The notes beneath the pieces are model-generated. The model saw only the letters and a list, made by a program, of their open reading frames with translations. It ran no database searches and was not told the origin of the DNA. DNA of 64,000 nt from Eledone cirrhosa (lineage: Eukaryota), in NCBI GenBank assembly GCA_964016885.1, contig OZ024741.1:147870001-147934000 (forward strand). The letters run 5' to 3'. This document shows, one piece after another, positions 26,060 through 40,091 of this stretch (positions are counted from its first letter, which is position 1; each line of letters begins with the position of its first letter). A program made the position numbers and the translations under genes.

Positions 26060-26615
26060 CAATCTGTGAACGCAGAAGTAAATATTTCAAAAAACGTTGC
26101 AACCGGAGGAAGACAGGAAGACGATACTTTGGTTCGTGGAAACGTTCCCTGGCAAAGAACGGGAAAAAACGAAGATAATACGTCATTATTTGGAGCGGTG
26201 AAAAACAATTACACGCAAAGACAAAACCACGTTTATGGTATAAAAGAAGTCGTAGACAATATTCTATTTTAGGTGGTTCATGGAGACGTTCTCTGGCAAT
26301 ACCTGAGTGTTTTCGCGTATGCTTGTGTATGTACGTATATGGATGCGTGTATGTATTGATTTAATTTCAATTACCTCTGTATTTTATTTACTTTATTCTT
26401 AACTCTGAAGCCGAGAATCATTCGGTTTCCTAGTTAGAATTTTAGTCTACGACTTCAGTTATGCCATTTACGTGGTTTTGTCTTTGCGTGCAATTGTTCT
26501 CCCCGCTCCGCATATGACGTATTATCTTCGTTTTTTTCATTCATTGCCAGAGAACGTCTCCATGAACCACCTATTAGAATATTAGTCTACGACTTCTTTT
26601 ATACCATAAACGTGG
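26060..26615. repeat. Rearranged inverted copies of the unclassified dispersed repeat
   Basis: 26227-26300 is nearly the reverse complement of 26543-26615; both halves resemble 3370-3660. Confidence 0.8.
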
Positions 26616-27245
26616 AGGAATCCCATTTTGGCCGCTTGTATTCGTGATCATATTCTTTCGGTCATTAACTAAGATTTATTACCATAGCTAGGGGTTGACA
26701 TGAATACCAAATTGAAGATAACGAGTTTAGCTTTTACATCTACCTCCCTTCTTTTGGTTACTGATTGACAAAGTTGGCGTATTACTGCACCAGCTCATGC
26801 AATTCTTGCACTTAACTCAGTGTCCTGCCTTCCATCACTCATGAATATGGCTCTGAGATACTTGAACTTCTCCATCTGCTTCAATGGAACTTCATTCACA
26901 TGCAGAGTGCACTCTTTAGGCTTCTTTGAGAAGACGAGTGTCTTAGTTTTTGCAGCACTAATTTTCTTTCCAGCCATGAACCACTCAGTATCAAACCTAT
27001 CAAGTGCATGTCAGAGATCACCTTCTGTTGAGTAACACCATGTTGTCTGCAAATTCCAGCCGACTGATTTTACACCAGCCACTTCCAACCCGGCTGCACA
27101 TGTCAATCCAATAAACAGGAGAAGAGACAGCATGCACCCTTGGCAGAGTCTGATCTCACATTGAATGGTTTCAATTTAGCACCATTTATCTGAAAACCTA
27201 TACTCGAGCATTCATATAGAGGCATCAGGACAGAAAGAAGCTTGA
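26616..27245 (-). mobile_element. RTE-clade LINE fragment
   Basis: LEFADNMV, KISAAKTKTL, FKYL; same family as 53355-54570. Confidence 0.85.
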
Positions 27246-27315
27246 TATATAAACATTTTGGGGGGTTTTTTTGTATATCGATTAGATTTTATAACTGATG
27301 CCCTGAGTTTAATGT

Positions 27316-28344
27316 TCATTGAGCTTTTTTTGTTGAGAAACATAATCGATATATATTAAGGTAAAAAGAATACATTAAGAACCTATAAAGTACAATATCT
27401 TCAATTGTGTTGGTGTCATAGAAATTAGTTTCGAACATCCTCCAATATATTGCGGTAAATAGATGTGGTAAATAATTTATAATCCAGATCAAAGTGATGG
27501 TGAACAAAAGTATATTGATTCTAGATGAGTTACTTGATTTTTTTGCACAAATCGCAGGTTGTTTATTACTTAAAGTATCTCCAGTAGCAACAGTAGTTTC
27601 AGATTGGGGTGTGCTGTAGTGCCGCATCGTAGTTCTCGATATTTCTAATTCGAAGTTTCTAATTTCCTTTCTTTGGGAAATTTTCAAAATACGTATTCCA
27701 ATTAATAAATAAATTATCGCGAGAAAAATAAAAAGAGAAGTAGCAATAAGCAACAATATACAATAATAGAGTAAAGGATAGACTAAACCACCCAAATTCT
27801 CAGAAAATGAACACACTTTTCCAATATTTCCACATTGTTTTACCATTAAATTTTGTCTGCTGTATATAAGAACTGCTGGCAGACCCAAGATGGCGGCGAT
27901 GATTGTTAAATATGCTAGGATTATCTTTGACTTCTTACGGGAAATTTGTTTTTTAAGAGGATGATATACAAGTAAGTATCTATCAACTGCTATAATGAAT
28001 ACAATCAAGGCTGAATTCATTATTGCTACTGCAACAATAAAACGTATCAAGCGGCAAGCAACATCATTGTAAAAGGTGTATGAAAAATGTAGAACCACAA
28101 GTTCCATTGGTATGCATATAGTAGAACTAAGAAAGTCGCACGCAGAAAGCGCTACAACGAACATAGATGTGGCCGTATTCTCTAATTTATAATAGTATAT
28201 ATAAGATACAAAGACATTTCCGTCTGATCCAAACGTCATAGCAATTGCCAGATACATTATAACTGGAAAATAAGCATTCACCATTTCACTATTTAACTCC
28301 TCTAAAGTACGATCACAGTCGCTAATATTATTTTTTTCATCCAT
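27316..28344 (-). pseudogene. GPCR copy 3, truncated in TM7 (no NPxxY or helix 8)
   Basis: Homology to copy 2 stops at 27355 (YLN|IYRLCF); also Asp in TM1 (GSDGN) and LVYHP for LVCQP. ATG at 28344. Confidence 0.85.
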
Positions 28345-28844
28345 GTTCTTTCTTTCCTCCAATTTTTAGAAAATAGTTTGTGCAACTTTGAAGGCAACTT
28401 TTGGTTCACAAAGATGTCTTTTGTAGTTTCTGGAAAAATAGAGAACGTTGGTGTATCAATATTTTGATTAAAGAATTGTAGATAGATCTTCGTTACAATG
28501 TTCAAGAGTAATGAAACGGTGGCAATTTGTATATACTTCTGTAGCAGTAAAACAGCCACAATTTGTCTGTATTGCTGCAACACAGTGACGTGTGAACCAC
28601 TTGAGTGAACTTAGACTTCTCAGTTTTGATTGCCTGAACAATATAGACACTTCTGAGAAGACTCTACCAAATTGACCGCCAAATGTAGTTATACTGTGTT
28701 TCAACAAGATTCTAATCTCTTTCCATATACTATTGGACTTCTGTATATATTTCTATCTTATGGCCATCGTTTACCAGTAAAGTTTTAAATATGGATAAAA
28801 CGTTATTCCCGCCATGCACTAAAGTAATGATTTCTCATTTATAC

Positions 28845-29010
28845 ACAAGGCCAGCAATTTGTTGGGTGAGAAAGGTCGATTATATCGATCCTATAAGGAT
28901 AAAAGGCAAATTTGCCCTTAGCGGGATTTGAACTCAGAACGTAAAGGGCCGTAACTATATCCCTCGAACCATTTTGTGCGATACTTTAACGATTCTGCCA
29001 ATCTTGCCAT
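28845..29010 (-). mobile_element. tRNA-derived SINE (unit 3)
   Basis: Paralog of 4570-4735. Confidence 0.8.
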
Positions 29011-29306
29011 GTACAAACATTAAAAAAATCGATTGATTCACATTTCCTAATCACAATATCCATAAGTGTGTGATGACCTTTTTTCACATTTATGGTAGAG
29101 GATTTAAGGTTTTAGAGTTCATTCTGTTCTACAAAATATTGGCGGTATAAGTGAAAAACTACAATCGGGAATCATAACTAGATCGCAGACTGTATTAACT
29201 GGAAACTCACCATTTTCAAGATGATACTTGTCTCTACCGAGATCGCGTGTTGGAAACTGGACCAAATCATATAATACCGTTTATGCAGTCTTTATATTTT
29301 AAATTA

Positions 29307-29431
29307 CCAAATTTCCCGGCGTCGAAGGCGCTACTTTTTTTCTAAAATAAATCTCAAAAATCTACCATGCGTCCTGGAGGCCGAAGGTTGTTTATTATTT
29401 TTTCTCAAATTTTTGCCGCCGGGAAATACAG
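29307..29431. mobile_element. Tc1/mariner-pogo type MITE, internally deleted (unit 3)
   Basis: Same terminal repeats and same deletion as 20038-20163. Confidence 0.8.
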
Positions 29432-29999
29432 TAAAATGTGTTCGTCTGGCTATAATCAACTAGAAACAGCAATGAAAAAAAAACATAGTTGGTAATTATT
29501 CATGATAGAAATGTGAGCAAAGTTCATATCTGAAACCTAAGGTAACACGGCAAAAAGCCTACTTAGCCTTACCCAGACGAAAGCTAGGAAATTTCGCAAT
29601 TTATCATTCATCTTAACGTTATCTCCATAATTAACACTGCAGTAACTCAACCACTTTTACAACACGCAGGTTGCATTTACAAACAAAAGAAAAGAAAACA
29701 CAGAAAAATTAATTCTAAAACAAAAAAAAAAAAAAGATTTATCGCCTTGCTTCTCCAAATTTTTATCGGTGAAGATTCTCATCATCTTTGCTAACGAAAT
29801 GTGTTAGTTTTTGAAGCCCCAAGTTCGAGCAGCAATTCGGTAACCTTGGAAAAGTTAAATCTACGTAAGTGGATATAATTCAGACTAAGGGTCAGACCTG
29901 TAGTGATTGAATGAATTTCTCCACAATTTAGCTGTTCATATTATAGATAATCTTGCCCGTGTTCAAATATGAAACCACAAAAGCATCACTTGATCGTTT

Positions 30000-32900
30000 T
30001 TCAGCGACACCACATGCTCAACGCATCGGCCAACAGCTCGTACACAACTACCAACACGACACCCAACTAAAATAGAAGAAATCGGTCATTTTTCTTTACG
30101 ACCTCTTAACTACACGGTCAATTAATCAATTAACACTTTTTGCTTAAAAGTAAAAAAAAAAAGAACTTCATCTACTATCTTCAGTTAATTTCAAAATTCT
30201 TTCCTGAAATCCAACTTTTTCTCTTCAATGTTTTAATATCTCACTGTCCTATACTTGCACCTCTATAGAATTAGCTATTTTAAATATTTACTCACACACC
30301 TCTACATCTCACACTCATTTCCCGTATTTCGTACACCTCATGATTTTTTTCCTTTTTCTTTACTTGTTTTCCTTGTTTTCTCAGTCTCAATCTCCCTCTC
30401 CCCGATATTTCAATCTCACCTCGCTATCTTTGCTATTTTTTTACAATTTTTTAATTTACTCGGATTCACACGTGGAATCTCACATACACCCACAGTTTTT
30501 GATTTTACAGCGGATTTACTCAAATTCAAGCCTTTGAATTTTTACTTCTAATGTTTTTTCCTTCTCTTTGCATGTTCATTGCTCTTTCTCTTCCACTGTA
30601 TTTACCTGCCTTTCACACGACCACACCCATCTCCACGCACTCATAATCCTCTCCCTCTTCTCCACTTTCTATTCTTCCATCCGCTTACCCCTAACTTCGT
30701 CCTCTTGCACAGCCCACCTATGTCTTCACTGGTTCCGTTAGTGACCCGATGTTTTGATCGATCCATCACCGGCGATTGCCGATTAAATATGTTGCCACCA
30801 CTTTAACCTAATCCACTTTAGCTGGCGGAGGCATATGTCAAACGACCAAGAGACCTGCTTGGTGGAACGACTATGTGACAACAGGTCAGCCTTCTCATTC
30901 TCCAACAACTTCGGCACGCACGAAAGGGGTTAACTTGTCTCTACCTATCCCCACTTATCTCCACCGCAGGTTCCAAAACGGAGTTAACCCTGCCAACCCC
31001 AGCACTTCTACAACTGTTAGCCCACCCCAGCACCCCCAACCTCTGTTCTAGTCCCAACATTAGAACCAATGCTGCTTACACTGCCTATTTTACTACTTCG
31101 CTCCTTCGCTACAAATTCCAACGCCAGCCCTCGACCGTCGGCCGCTACCAGCTCACCCTCTGATTGTGCTCTCTGTGCCCGCACTGGCCAGTACCTGAAG
31201 ACAATTAAATGTGCTACCAAAACTACCACAGGAGCTGTGTCGGCAACAGCAAGGCTCAAGCCGAAAGGCTTCAATACTGGACCTGTAATCAGTGCTACTT
31301 TAGCTCTGACGTACTCCGAGGAGACGTCCCACGCTTCGACGACCAGCTCTCTACCGAGGACTTTGCCGCAGCCCTCCTCGTCAATCGGATCCCTAAGGGA
31401 GTCGGAATAGCTTTGCACGTGCCCTCTCCAATCTATTGAAAAACGTTTGCTTCTCCAACAATAGGTCTGACTGGCAGAAACTGTGTTTGTTCCCTCTCAT
31501 CTCTCTTCATGTGCACATGGCGAAATCGGGCTCCTTCACGTCCTCTCTCAAGCAAAGGTTCCAGCTGTTTGAGTCCACCCCAACCACTTCTCACCTCAGT
31601 TTGAAATCTAGCTCGGTGCCTACCAACAGGTAACCGTAAACCTCAAGTGTGCGGTTAAGGCCATATTCAGCGAATTTGACATTAAAGGAAATGTCTGTCT
31701 CCTCTCTTCTCTGTCCTCCCTTGCTCCGTGTAACTCTGATTCTCTTGAGCGACTGAAAGACAAACACCCATCGGCACCCCCAGACGATCAGTTACACTGG
31801 CCCGAACCCCAGAATACTAGATGCCGGTCTACACCAATGATAACATCAGAAAGGCGGTTACATCCTTCCTCGCTGGTTCAGGCGCGGGGATTGACGGCCT
31901 TCGACCTCAGCACCTTATCGGCCGGTGACGCCGGACTCGAGCTCTTGGAGAGTCTGACTCAGTCTGTGAATCGGTTCTCTTCAGTGAATGTTCTCCCCTA
32001 TATCCTTCCACTGTTCTTCGGTGCGAAATTGTTCGTTTTCATTAAACCGAACGGAGAACTGCGCCCCATTGCGCCTTGTTGCACCCTTCGTCATCTCACT
32101 GCAAAGGTGTGTTTGCTATCGGTCTCTGACTCACTGTCGGAGGAATTTTCCACCATCCAGATGGAGGTGGGTACCAAGCTGGGATGTGAGGCTGATGTTC
32201 ACGCTACCAGAGCTTTTACCAACTTGCCTTACTTACCCCCAGGGTCGTCCTCAAACTTGACCTCAAGAACGCGTTCAACTCCGTCAGCCGTGATGTTGTC
32301 CTCAGCTCAGTAAGGGAGAAGGTCCCACAACTCTACTACTTTGCTTGTCAGGCTTATTTGGAGCCTTCCTACCTCTGTTTTGGTGACCAAATCATCATCT
32401 CTGCCTCGGGATGCCAACAGGGCGACCCACTCAAGCCCGCTCTGTTTGTACTGGGCATTGATGACATCACCCAAGATGGGGGTTGAGTTGAACATCAAAA
32501 TCTGGTATCTCGACGACGCTTGTTTGGGAGGACCTCCGGATAAGGTTCTCGCCACTGCTAACAAAATGATTGAGGAGTTTGGTCGGCGGAGTCTCCAGGT
32601 CAATAGCTCCAAATGTCAGCTGTGGATCCTCAAGCATCCGACTTCTCAACATCAACAGACAATTGACCTGTTTACAGAGTCCTTCCCTTCCATTGTGGTC
32701 CCTCCCCCGTCGGTTTGGTGCTCCTTAGGAGCCCCAATTACAGACGTTGCCTTCGAGTCACTCTTCCAATTGAAGATGGTTGGCCTTGAGCAATTGTTGA
32801 ACAATATTGAGGCAATCGAACCCCATCAAGGTTTTTTCATACTCAGAAGCTACATTTCGATTCCTAAGCTTCTATATATGCTATGGGTCAGCCCTTCTCA

Positions 32901-33172
32901 CAGATTTCCATCAGGCCTCCAACGCTTTGACGACCTAATCTTCGAGAGACTCGAGTGATTGGTCAATGTCAGACTCTCTCCAGAGTCCTGTGATCAGGCT
33001 GCATTGCCCAAGTGATTTGGGGTCTTGGTCTTCGTAAGTGATCGTCCCTGTCTCCCCCTTGCTTCCTTTACTCCACCCACGCTTGCTCCACGCTAGTGAG
33101 CAAAATCCTCTCCACTTCAACATGGACTAGCTCCAATAGGGAGTTGGATAAAGTTTTCCAGCGGTAGAGTGA
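30000..33172 (+). mobile_element. CRE-like non-LTR retrotransposon, 5' part retained and 3' end lost (unit 3)
   Basis: Pyrimidine-rich leader, PHD finger (CALC...C..C..YHRSC...WTCNQC), KPNGELRPIA, WYLDD. 5' boundary uncertain. Confidence 0.82.
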
Positions 33173-33239
33173 GTTGGGCTTTCTGTTCCTGAAAAGTAGG
33201 AAATCAAACTGCAATCCCAGGAATATTATTTGTCTACTG

Positions 33240-35845
33240 TCTTATCATCATCTGGCGGCCTTAGCCGAAATAGACGCCACAATTGATCTCTACGTGAGTC
33301 TGTCGTTCACTGCTGTTGCCAAGTCCTGGATTTCAATACCAGAATCACTGAAGATGACATCGGGATAGGAGGGCTTGCGACCCCTGTTATTAGTGACTGC
33401 TTGTGATATCCAAAGCACTAACAGGGACACAGCCTTAGAGGAGGCAGGGTGGCAGTGGCCAGAAAATCTTACTCTCATTTTATGTACAACGACAGATATG
33501 CGGGGGAGGGCGACATATATCTCTCTCAAAGTCAGATGTTGCCAGCTTATGTTCTTATGTTCGAAGTAGGCTAGTGTAGGTGTCATCAAGGCACTTTTGT
33601 TGTTTGGATGAAAGCGTCCATGTTTCACTTCCATATAGTAAAATTGGTTGAATTGTTACTTGGAAGAGTCTGATTTTGGTGTGGTTGGACAGATTTGAGC
33701 ACCAAACTCGATCCATCTTGTTGCAAGCTGACCATGCTTTGGTCTTTCTGGTGGCAAAACTGTTTTACCCTCGTCGAGATGAAGGCCAACGAGGGCGGCT
33801 GCTTTCTTGAGAGATGTCATATGTTGTTGCGCATTTTCTAGGAAATCTGCAAGAATCGCAATGTCATCCGCAAAGTCAAGGTCAGTGAGATGTTCAGAGG
33901 GGTGCATCGAGCTCATGCGGAGTTGGATGGTTATATCTTTGTTATTGATTTTGTCAATTGAGAGTCTCAGAGCGTAGTCGAGTGCAATGATAAAGAGGAA
34001 TGGAACATTCCTGCTTTTAGCCAACTTGTTGGAGAAGTTTGGTTGCAGATTAATAATAGCACTGAAAGAAAGTTTGAATCTTTCCAAATTACACTGGGCA
34101 TGTTGTCGAGACCGGGTGATTCTTTGTTTTCAGGTGTTTCGATCATCTTGTTGATCTCACTCAAGGTGAAAAGTCCAGTGGAGATGTCAAGTTCAGGTGA
34201 TACCACAGACTTTGGGAGATCGCCTTCTACAAATAATGGTTCGCCCAGTAGACCCTTCAAGTGGTCATTCCAGCTCTTTTTCCTAGCTTCTTGAGAACCT
34301 CCTTTGATGATGGGTAAAGGCTTCTCTTTTCTGCCAGTTATTTCGTTGACTAGAGCCCATGCGACTGCGTGCTGTTTGTTTATATGAATGATCTTAAGTT
34401 TGTTTATTTTTCCTTCGACATACTCAGCTAAGCAGTTGTGTACACCTCATCAAGATTCTTTTTTGCATTGGGTCATTTCACTTTTCAGTAAACTAGTTGG
34501 ATTTGGGTTGTACTGAGAAGAAAGACTTTGCAATTTGTGCGCACTGAGGATACTAAGATATGTGAGCTTAATTTCGTGAGCTTCCTTTTGGTCTTTTTGG
34601 GGTAGCTGGAAAGAACAACTTCCTCATTTGCAGCAATTAGATTGGAGTGTTTAGTCTCAATGGAATCATCAGTTAAGGGTAGTTCAGAGAACCTATTGTA
34701 GACACTAATTGCATACCGGCTGGAGGGCTCCTTATTTGATGACACTGACCTCCAGTCAATTTGTCTCATAGGCTCAGCGGGGACTTTCTTAGGAGCACGA
34801 TGGCTAAAAGTAACTTTGGAATAGACAATCCTGTGATCAGATCCCACGTGGAAGAAGGGGGAATAGGTTTCAGAGTTGCGTACACTGTTTCGCCATTTTT
34901 TCCGAAATAGGATATAATCCAATTCAGCTCTACTACCACTACCATTGTTTTTTCATGAAGCTATTTGTAGACGAGATGAGTTCAAATCCGTCAAGGAATT
35001 GGTGAAGCATTTCACCATTTCGGTTTGTTTCAGTGTTGAAGATGAATTTTACATCACCAGGGCCTAATTTGGCATTGAAGTCACCTGCAATAGTAAGGAA
35101 GTTATGGACAGGGACATTTTCAATTACCGATCTCAGAGACTGATAGAAACTGGCAGCAGTTTCTTTATCACTGCTATTTGTTACGCTATAGCAAGATATA
35201 AATCAGAGTTTCGGATTTGAGGTTGTGAGAAACTGGAAATTGAGTCAGATTTTGAGTTTCAGGAAAATCAGCTAAGGCAGGGAGTTGGACCCTGGTGTAA
35301 ATCAATGAATAGTACATTTTTTCGATATCTGGATACAAGAGCGCATTGCCAGGACTGCACAGGCCATTTTTAAGCTACAGACAGCTACTTAGCCCATAGG
35401 TGAAGGCATCATTGATATGACTTCCAAGCGCCCTCTAGTAGGTTTTTCCGTGTTTCTGGGATGTTTTCCTTCCTGGTATTTTTCATTGGGACTCCATCTC
35501 CAGGCTGATGGCTTGGAAGCGCCTGCATTATCTAACTTTTCTCAGGCTCTAAATGGTATTTGAGCCTTCACATATACGCATACGCAGACTCGTGTGGAAA
35601 TCAGTCCCATACACACCCACACTCATACAGAATATACATATTTACACACTATTCGATGGCCGTTGACTTTTATGGATTCTTCCTCCCTTTGTCAGGCTTT
35701 GTTTTTCGTCCCGCAGGGTGTCCAAAATCACCCTACTCAATAAGCAAGCTTGGTGGGGTTACCGGTTTAGTCACTGACGACCCGACCATGCGACAGGTTG
35801 TACTGGGGTACGTGTAACCGGTAGCGCTCAAGAGCGACCTGACTT
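33240..35845 (-). mobile_element. RTE-clade LINE with AP endonuclease and partly deleted RT (unit 3)
   Basis: GDFNAKLG, LDYIL, SDHRIV, FIIALDYAL, FADD. Confidence 0.88.
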
Positions 35846-37125
35846 ATATTTCATAAAGTAATTTGCAATAAGAACAATAAAAATTAGAATCAGAACAAAA
35901 AAACATCTTACCTAAGAAATAAAATGTTTAGATATAATTAGATAAATCTCATTCAAAGTGTCTAGAAGATTGTTAAAATCTCATTTGAAGAACTATGTTT
36001 GACGACCTTTGTCATAAATTCATTCTTTCAAAATGATTTCTCGCCTTCAGAAAAGTAATCGCTTATAGTTTTGCAAAAGGCTTGTTGTATTCATAATTTG
36101 AGAAATAATTTGATGTAAGATTTGATAATTTAAGAAATAATTTGAGAAAGATTTGATGTAGACATAGTAACAATGTCAACACAATGGCGTCACTCTCCAG
36201 ACCACATTTAGACCTTTTGGCAATTCATCGCAAAAATTGTCAAATGGAATGAAAGATTTTAGGCAAATCGTTATTATTAAACTGTCTCTAAGATGGAATT
36301 AAATTCTAACAAAACCTATAAACATGACAAGTGTGAAAATAACATTGTATCGAACAGATTTTTTCTTCATTAAAAAAATAAATCGAAACTTCTTTATTGC
36401 GTCATCATATTAGATACATATTTTTAATACAATTTACTACAACCCGTAGTAAATTTCTGGCTATGTATATGATGAGAAGTAACTCTCAGTCATACAGAAG
36501 AGACTACTTCTCAATGTTGATTTCATTTTCTAGTATCTTAGCATATGTTGCATTGTCTCCTTATTCCGAGTGTTCGTCGAGATAGATATGTGTAAAATGT
36601 GAGATTTTACGGGTATATATTTACGTTTTGTTTGTGGCAAGTTTACTTCCCTTTTGTTTGATGTTATTCTGCTCGTGTTAGATATAGCGTATCCTGGGAA
36701 TTAGCCAGTGCAAACTTTGTACAAATGCAGAAAGGAAGCAACCACCCAAAAGATATTTGCCATTTGGGTAATGTGGTTAGAAAGTTTAAGGAAATAATCA
36801 CAGGAGAGATTTTACAGGTAAAGCCAATCGAGCAAAAAAACACGCACATCGCATTCATACACAACTCTTTATTTCTATAATTATTCCAAACATAATTCAC
36901 TTGTAATTCATACATTCTCTCATATAACCAACAACCGTTTTTACTTACTTTTGTTACGATATCTTTAGCTATTGCTTACAAATATCTCGGTTAAAGAACC
37001 AACAAAGTTTAGTATTTGATTCAATGTACGAGCTAGATATTCTATAATCGTCAAACATACTTTGGTGAGATCTGTAGAGTTAATAATTCCATACTTTTGT
37101 ATCTATTTTCAAGAAACTCAATATT

Positions 37126-38196
37126 TTATTTATGAGGTAGATAAAAGAAACCCTGTATTTCAAGACGAAACTTCCGATTAAAAGCTCCATAAATGAATGG
37201 GTTTACAGCACAATTAAAGTAAAGAGAATACATCGTTATCCTATAAAATACTATAATTTCTGATTTTGGTTCGAGGGTAATGGACTCTTTTCTGTTCATC
37301 CTCCAGAATAATCCGCCGCATAAATGAGGTATATAAGTCAGAATCCAGACGAAAGTGACGATGAACAAAAGTACAGTGGTTCCAGAAGTCTTAATTGTTT
37401 GTGTTGATCGAGACGTACCACGACTATTATTCAAACTATCTGCAGCAATACCATGAATAGATTCACATAAGTCGTGGGACGTATCAGTGATTGGCTCTCC
37501 ACCTTGGCGTCTCTGTTTATTTCTTGCGGAAAATTTCCAAATATGGATTGCAATTATTAGATAAATCGTTATCAGAAAAATAAACAGAGAACCAAAAATA
37601 ATAAGCAATGTAATATAATAGATTAGAGGATAGACTGTACCACTCAATTCCGAAGAAAATGAACACTCTCTTCCAATATTTCCACAGTTTTTTACGTTTA
37701 AATTTGCTGCGTTGTATACATAAACTGTTGGCATGCTCATCATGGCAGCGATGACTGTTAAACATAGTAGAATTTCCCTTGCCTTCTGACGAGAAAATTG
37801 AGTTTGAAGAGGTCGACAGACAAGTAAGTATCTATCAACTGCTATAATTAATACAATCAATCCTGAATTGATTACGGTTAAACCAGTAATAAAACGTATG
37901 AAGCCGCAAGCAGTGTTACTGTAAAAGGTGTATGGAAGATATACAATCACAATTTCAATTGGTAGGCTTATTAAACAAGTAAGAAAATCGCACAGCGAAA
38001 GCCCTACAATAAACAAATTTGTGGCTGTATTCTCAAATTTATAATAGTATATATAAGATACTAAGATATTTCCGACTAATCCCAACCCCATAATTATTGT
38101 CAGATACATTAATACTGGAAACAAAATATTCACCATTTCAGCATTTAACTCGTTTAAAGTTTCATTACAGTCTATGGGATAATGTTTGTTATCCAT
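37126..38196 (-). CDS. Intact intronless class A GPCR, 356 aa, divergent paralog (copy 4)
   Basis: GLVGN, LSLCD, DRY, YIP, NPFIY; colinear with copy 2 but with a divergent ICL3. Confidence 0.93.
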   Translation of the reverse strand: MDNKHYPIDCNETLNELNAEMVNILFPVLMYLTIIMGLGLVGNILVSYIYYYKFENTATNLFIVGLSLCDFLTCLISLPIEIVIVYLPYTFYSNTACGFIRFITGLTVINSGLIVLIIAVDRYLLVCRPLQTQFSRQKAREILLCLTVIAAMMSMPTVYVYNAANLNVKNCGNIGRECSFSSELSGTVYPLIYYITLLIIFGSLFIFLITIYLIIAIHIWKFSARNKQRRQGGEPITDTSHDLCESIHGIAADSLNNSRGTSRSTQTIKTSGTTVLLFIVTFVWILTYIPHLCGGLFWRMNRKESITLEPKSEIIVFYRITMYSLYFNCAVNPFIYGAFNRKFRLEIQGFFYLPHK

Positions 38197-38489
38197 TTTC
38201 TATTTCTTTCTTCCAAATTTTTTAATTAGTTCTTGCAGCTTCGAAAATATATGGTTGGATCACAAATAGAGAACGCTATGTATCAATTTTTAGTGAAAAG
38301 ATCTGCTTGAAATCTTACGCAATACTCTCGCAGATTCCGTCAATATAGTTAACACATTATTATTATTTTATTATTTTTCAGTGAAAATAACTTTATCAAT
38401 ATTTAAAACCGGAAAAGGATGGGAAAAGCAAGGGCTCTAGGGTCAAAGAAAATGGGAGAGGGAAGGGGAGGAGGATGACCTCTGGGCCT

Positions 38490-39645
38490 AGGGCGTGGCG
38501 GTGTGGAGCTGCGCCCCACGGACAAGACCGCATGAGCTTTTCCACAGATAATTGCCAGCCACCCCAACTCGCGGAGCTCCTTCCTCAGACGGGCAACGTC
38601 ATGTTCGACCGTCATGCTGAGGACATCGCTGACGAGAACGCTACTGGAGGAGTTTGAAGAAAGGTGGGCCGCTAGAGCCAGATCCGAAGCGGGTCTGAGG
38701 CCGAGGCCACCGAACCTCGCTGGGAGCTTCGCCTGTTGCCAGCCGGCACTGTCGAAACTGACATTGCACATGAGTTCTGCACAGCGTCGGATGGGGGCGT
38801 CGAGTTCACCAAGAAGATCTGCATGGGGGTGACAAGGTGCACCGCGCGGCAGGAACATAAATTTGAGGAGGGTGAAGCAGTTCTTCAAGAGGAAGAACGC
38901 TGTTGAAAGCGTATGTCATGTCCAGCTTCATAAGGAGGTGGGATGACGAAGGAGGCGCGTGCCCTAAGGAATACTGCAGCCTCATATCCGCACTTGATTC
39001 CCACTCTGAGCTGGACAGGGTTTAGCACCTCGCTCAGGTCCTCTTTGACTGACTTGCAAGTCGTCGGAAGACGTTGCCCACCGCCATGCGTTCGGACACC
39101 TCCGTCATTCTTCCTTACGGCGGACAGACTGGCTGAGAAGACAAGATCGTGGGCATGGCAGGGCAGGTTGGCGCGGACGAGACAGTTGGTGAGGGCTGTG
39201 TGGTACTGGATCAATCGGGCCCCTTGCTTCTGTAGCGTGAGACGAGATGACGTCTCTGGGGTGGCTGGGGCACCATTGCTACTGCCTGAGAAGGATCTCA
39301 GAGCAGCTACTACGTCATCACTAGTCGCAGTCGGGAAAGGTCGCTGGCCGGGGATCGAACAGTCTGATGTCAACTGGGGGATCCGGATGTTTGTGGCGAA
39401 GCGCTGATAAGACATCCGATAAGACACAGTGTCGCTCGAGGCCAGCGCACGTATCGCCGCCGAAACGACACCTTCAATTAGTTCGAGGTTGACTCTGCCC
39501 TGGAGACATTTCGTGCTGTTAGAAGTGGATCATAAGCGTTCTGTCGGCATTGATGGGCAACACGAGAGGATCGAGGCTCGCAGGTGAAGGGTGACAGAAA
39601 AAAGTGATATTGCCCTTGAGCCATTTTGTATCGTCCTGTACTTTT
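38490..39645 (-). mobile_element. CRE-like non-LTR retrotransposon fragment, second GC-rich family
   Basis: KNDGGVR, PVQLRVGIKCGYEAAV, QAKLPARFGGLGLR. Confidence 0.8.
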
Positions 39646-39878
39646 CTGTGCAGTCTGTAATGTTTTTATTCATGTTAGCCCTTGTGGCCAATAAAGACAC
39701 CATTATTATTATTATTAATGTAAATAAAATATTCATTACGTCGTTATGTGGAGCAAGAAGAAGAATTTCTTGCAAAGACAAAAACACATTTATGCTATAA
39801 AAAAAAATCATTTGACTAATATTCTATTTAGAATAACCGAATGATATCCATAAATATAACTAGTTGCTCTTATTTTGT

Positions 39879-40091
39879 GCGGTGGATTGGCAATATCGGT
39901 AGAGGGTCGGACGCCATGCTTTGCAGCATAGAGTACGGCCCTTTACGTTCTGAGTTCAAATCCCGCCGAGGTTAACTTTGCCTTTCATCCTTACGGGGTC
40001 GATAAAATAAAGCACCAGTAACGTACTGGGGTCGATTTAATCGACTTTCCCCTCCCTCAAAATTGCTGGCCTTGTGCCTATATAAGAAACC
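39879..40091 (+). mobile_element. Full-length tRNA-derived SINE
   Basis: A box TGGCAATATCGG, B box GTTCAAATCC, core ctttgcctttcatcc...gtcgataaa and ctggccttgtgcc tail. Confidence 0.92.

Larger units (their letters stand above)
27355..37225 (-). repeat. Segmental duplication unit 3
   Basis: Direct paralog of unit 1 and inverted paralog of 12900-22150; same order of GPCR, SINE, MITE, CRE, RTE and flank. Confidence 0.92.

Noticed and set aside
39879-39970. tRNA gene
   Set aside because: A and B boxes belong to a multi-copy SINE head; no cloverleaf.
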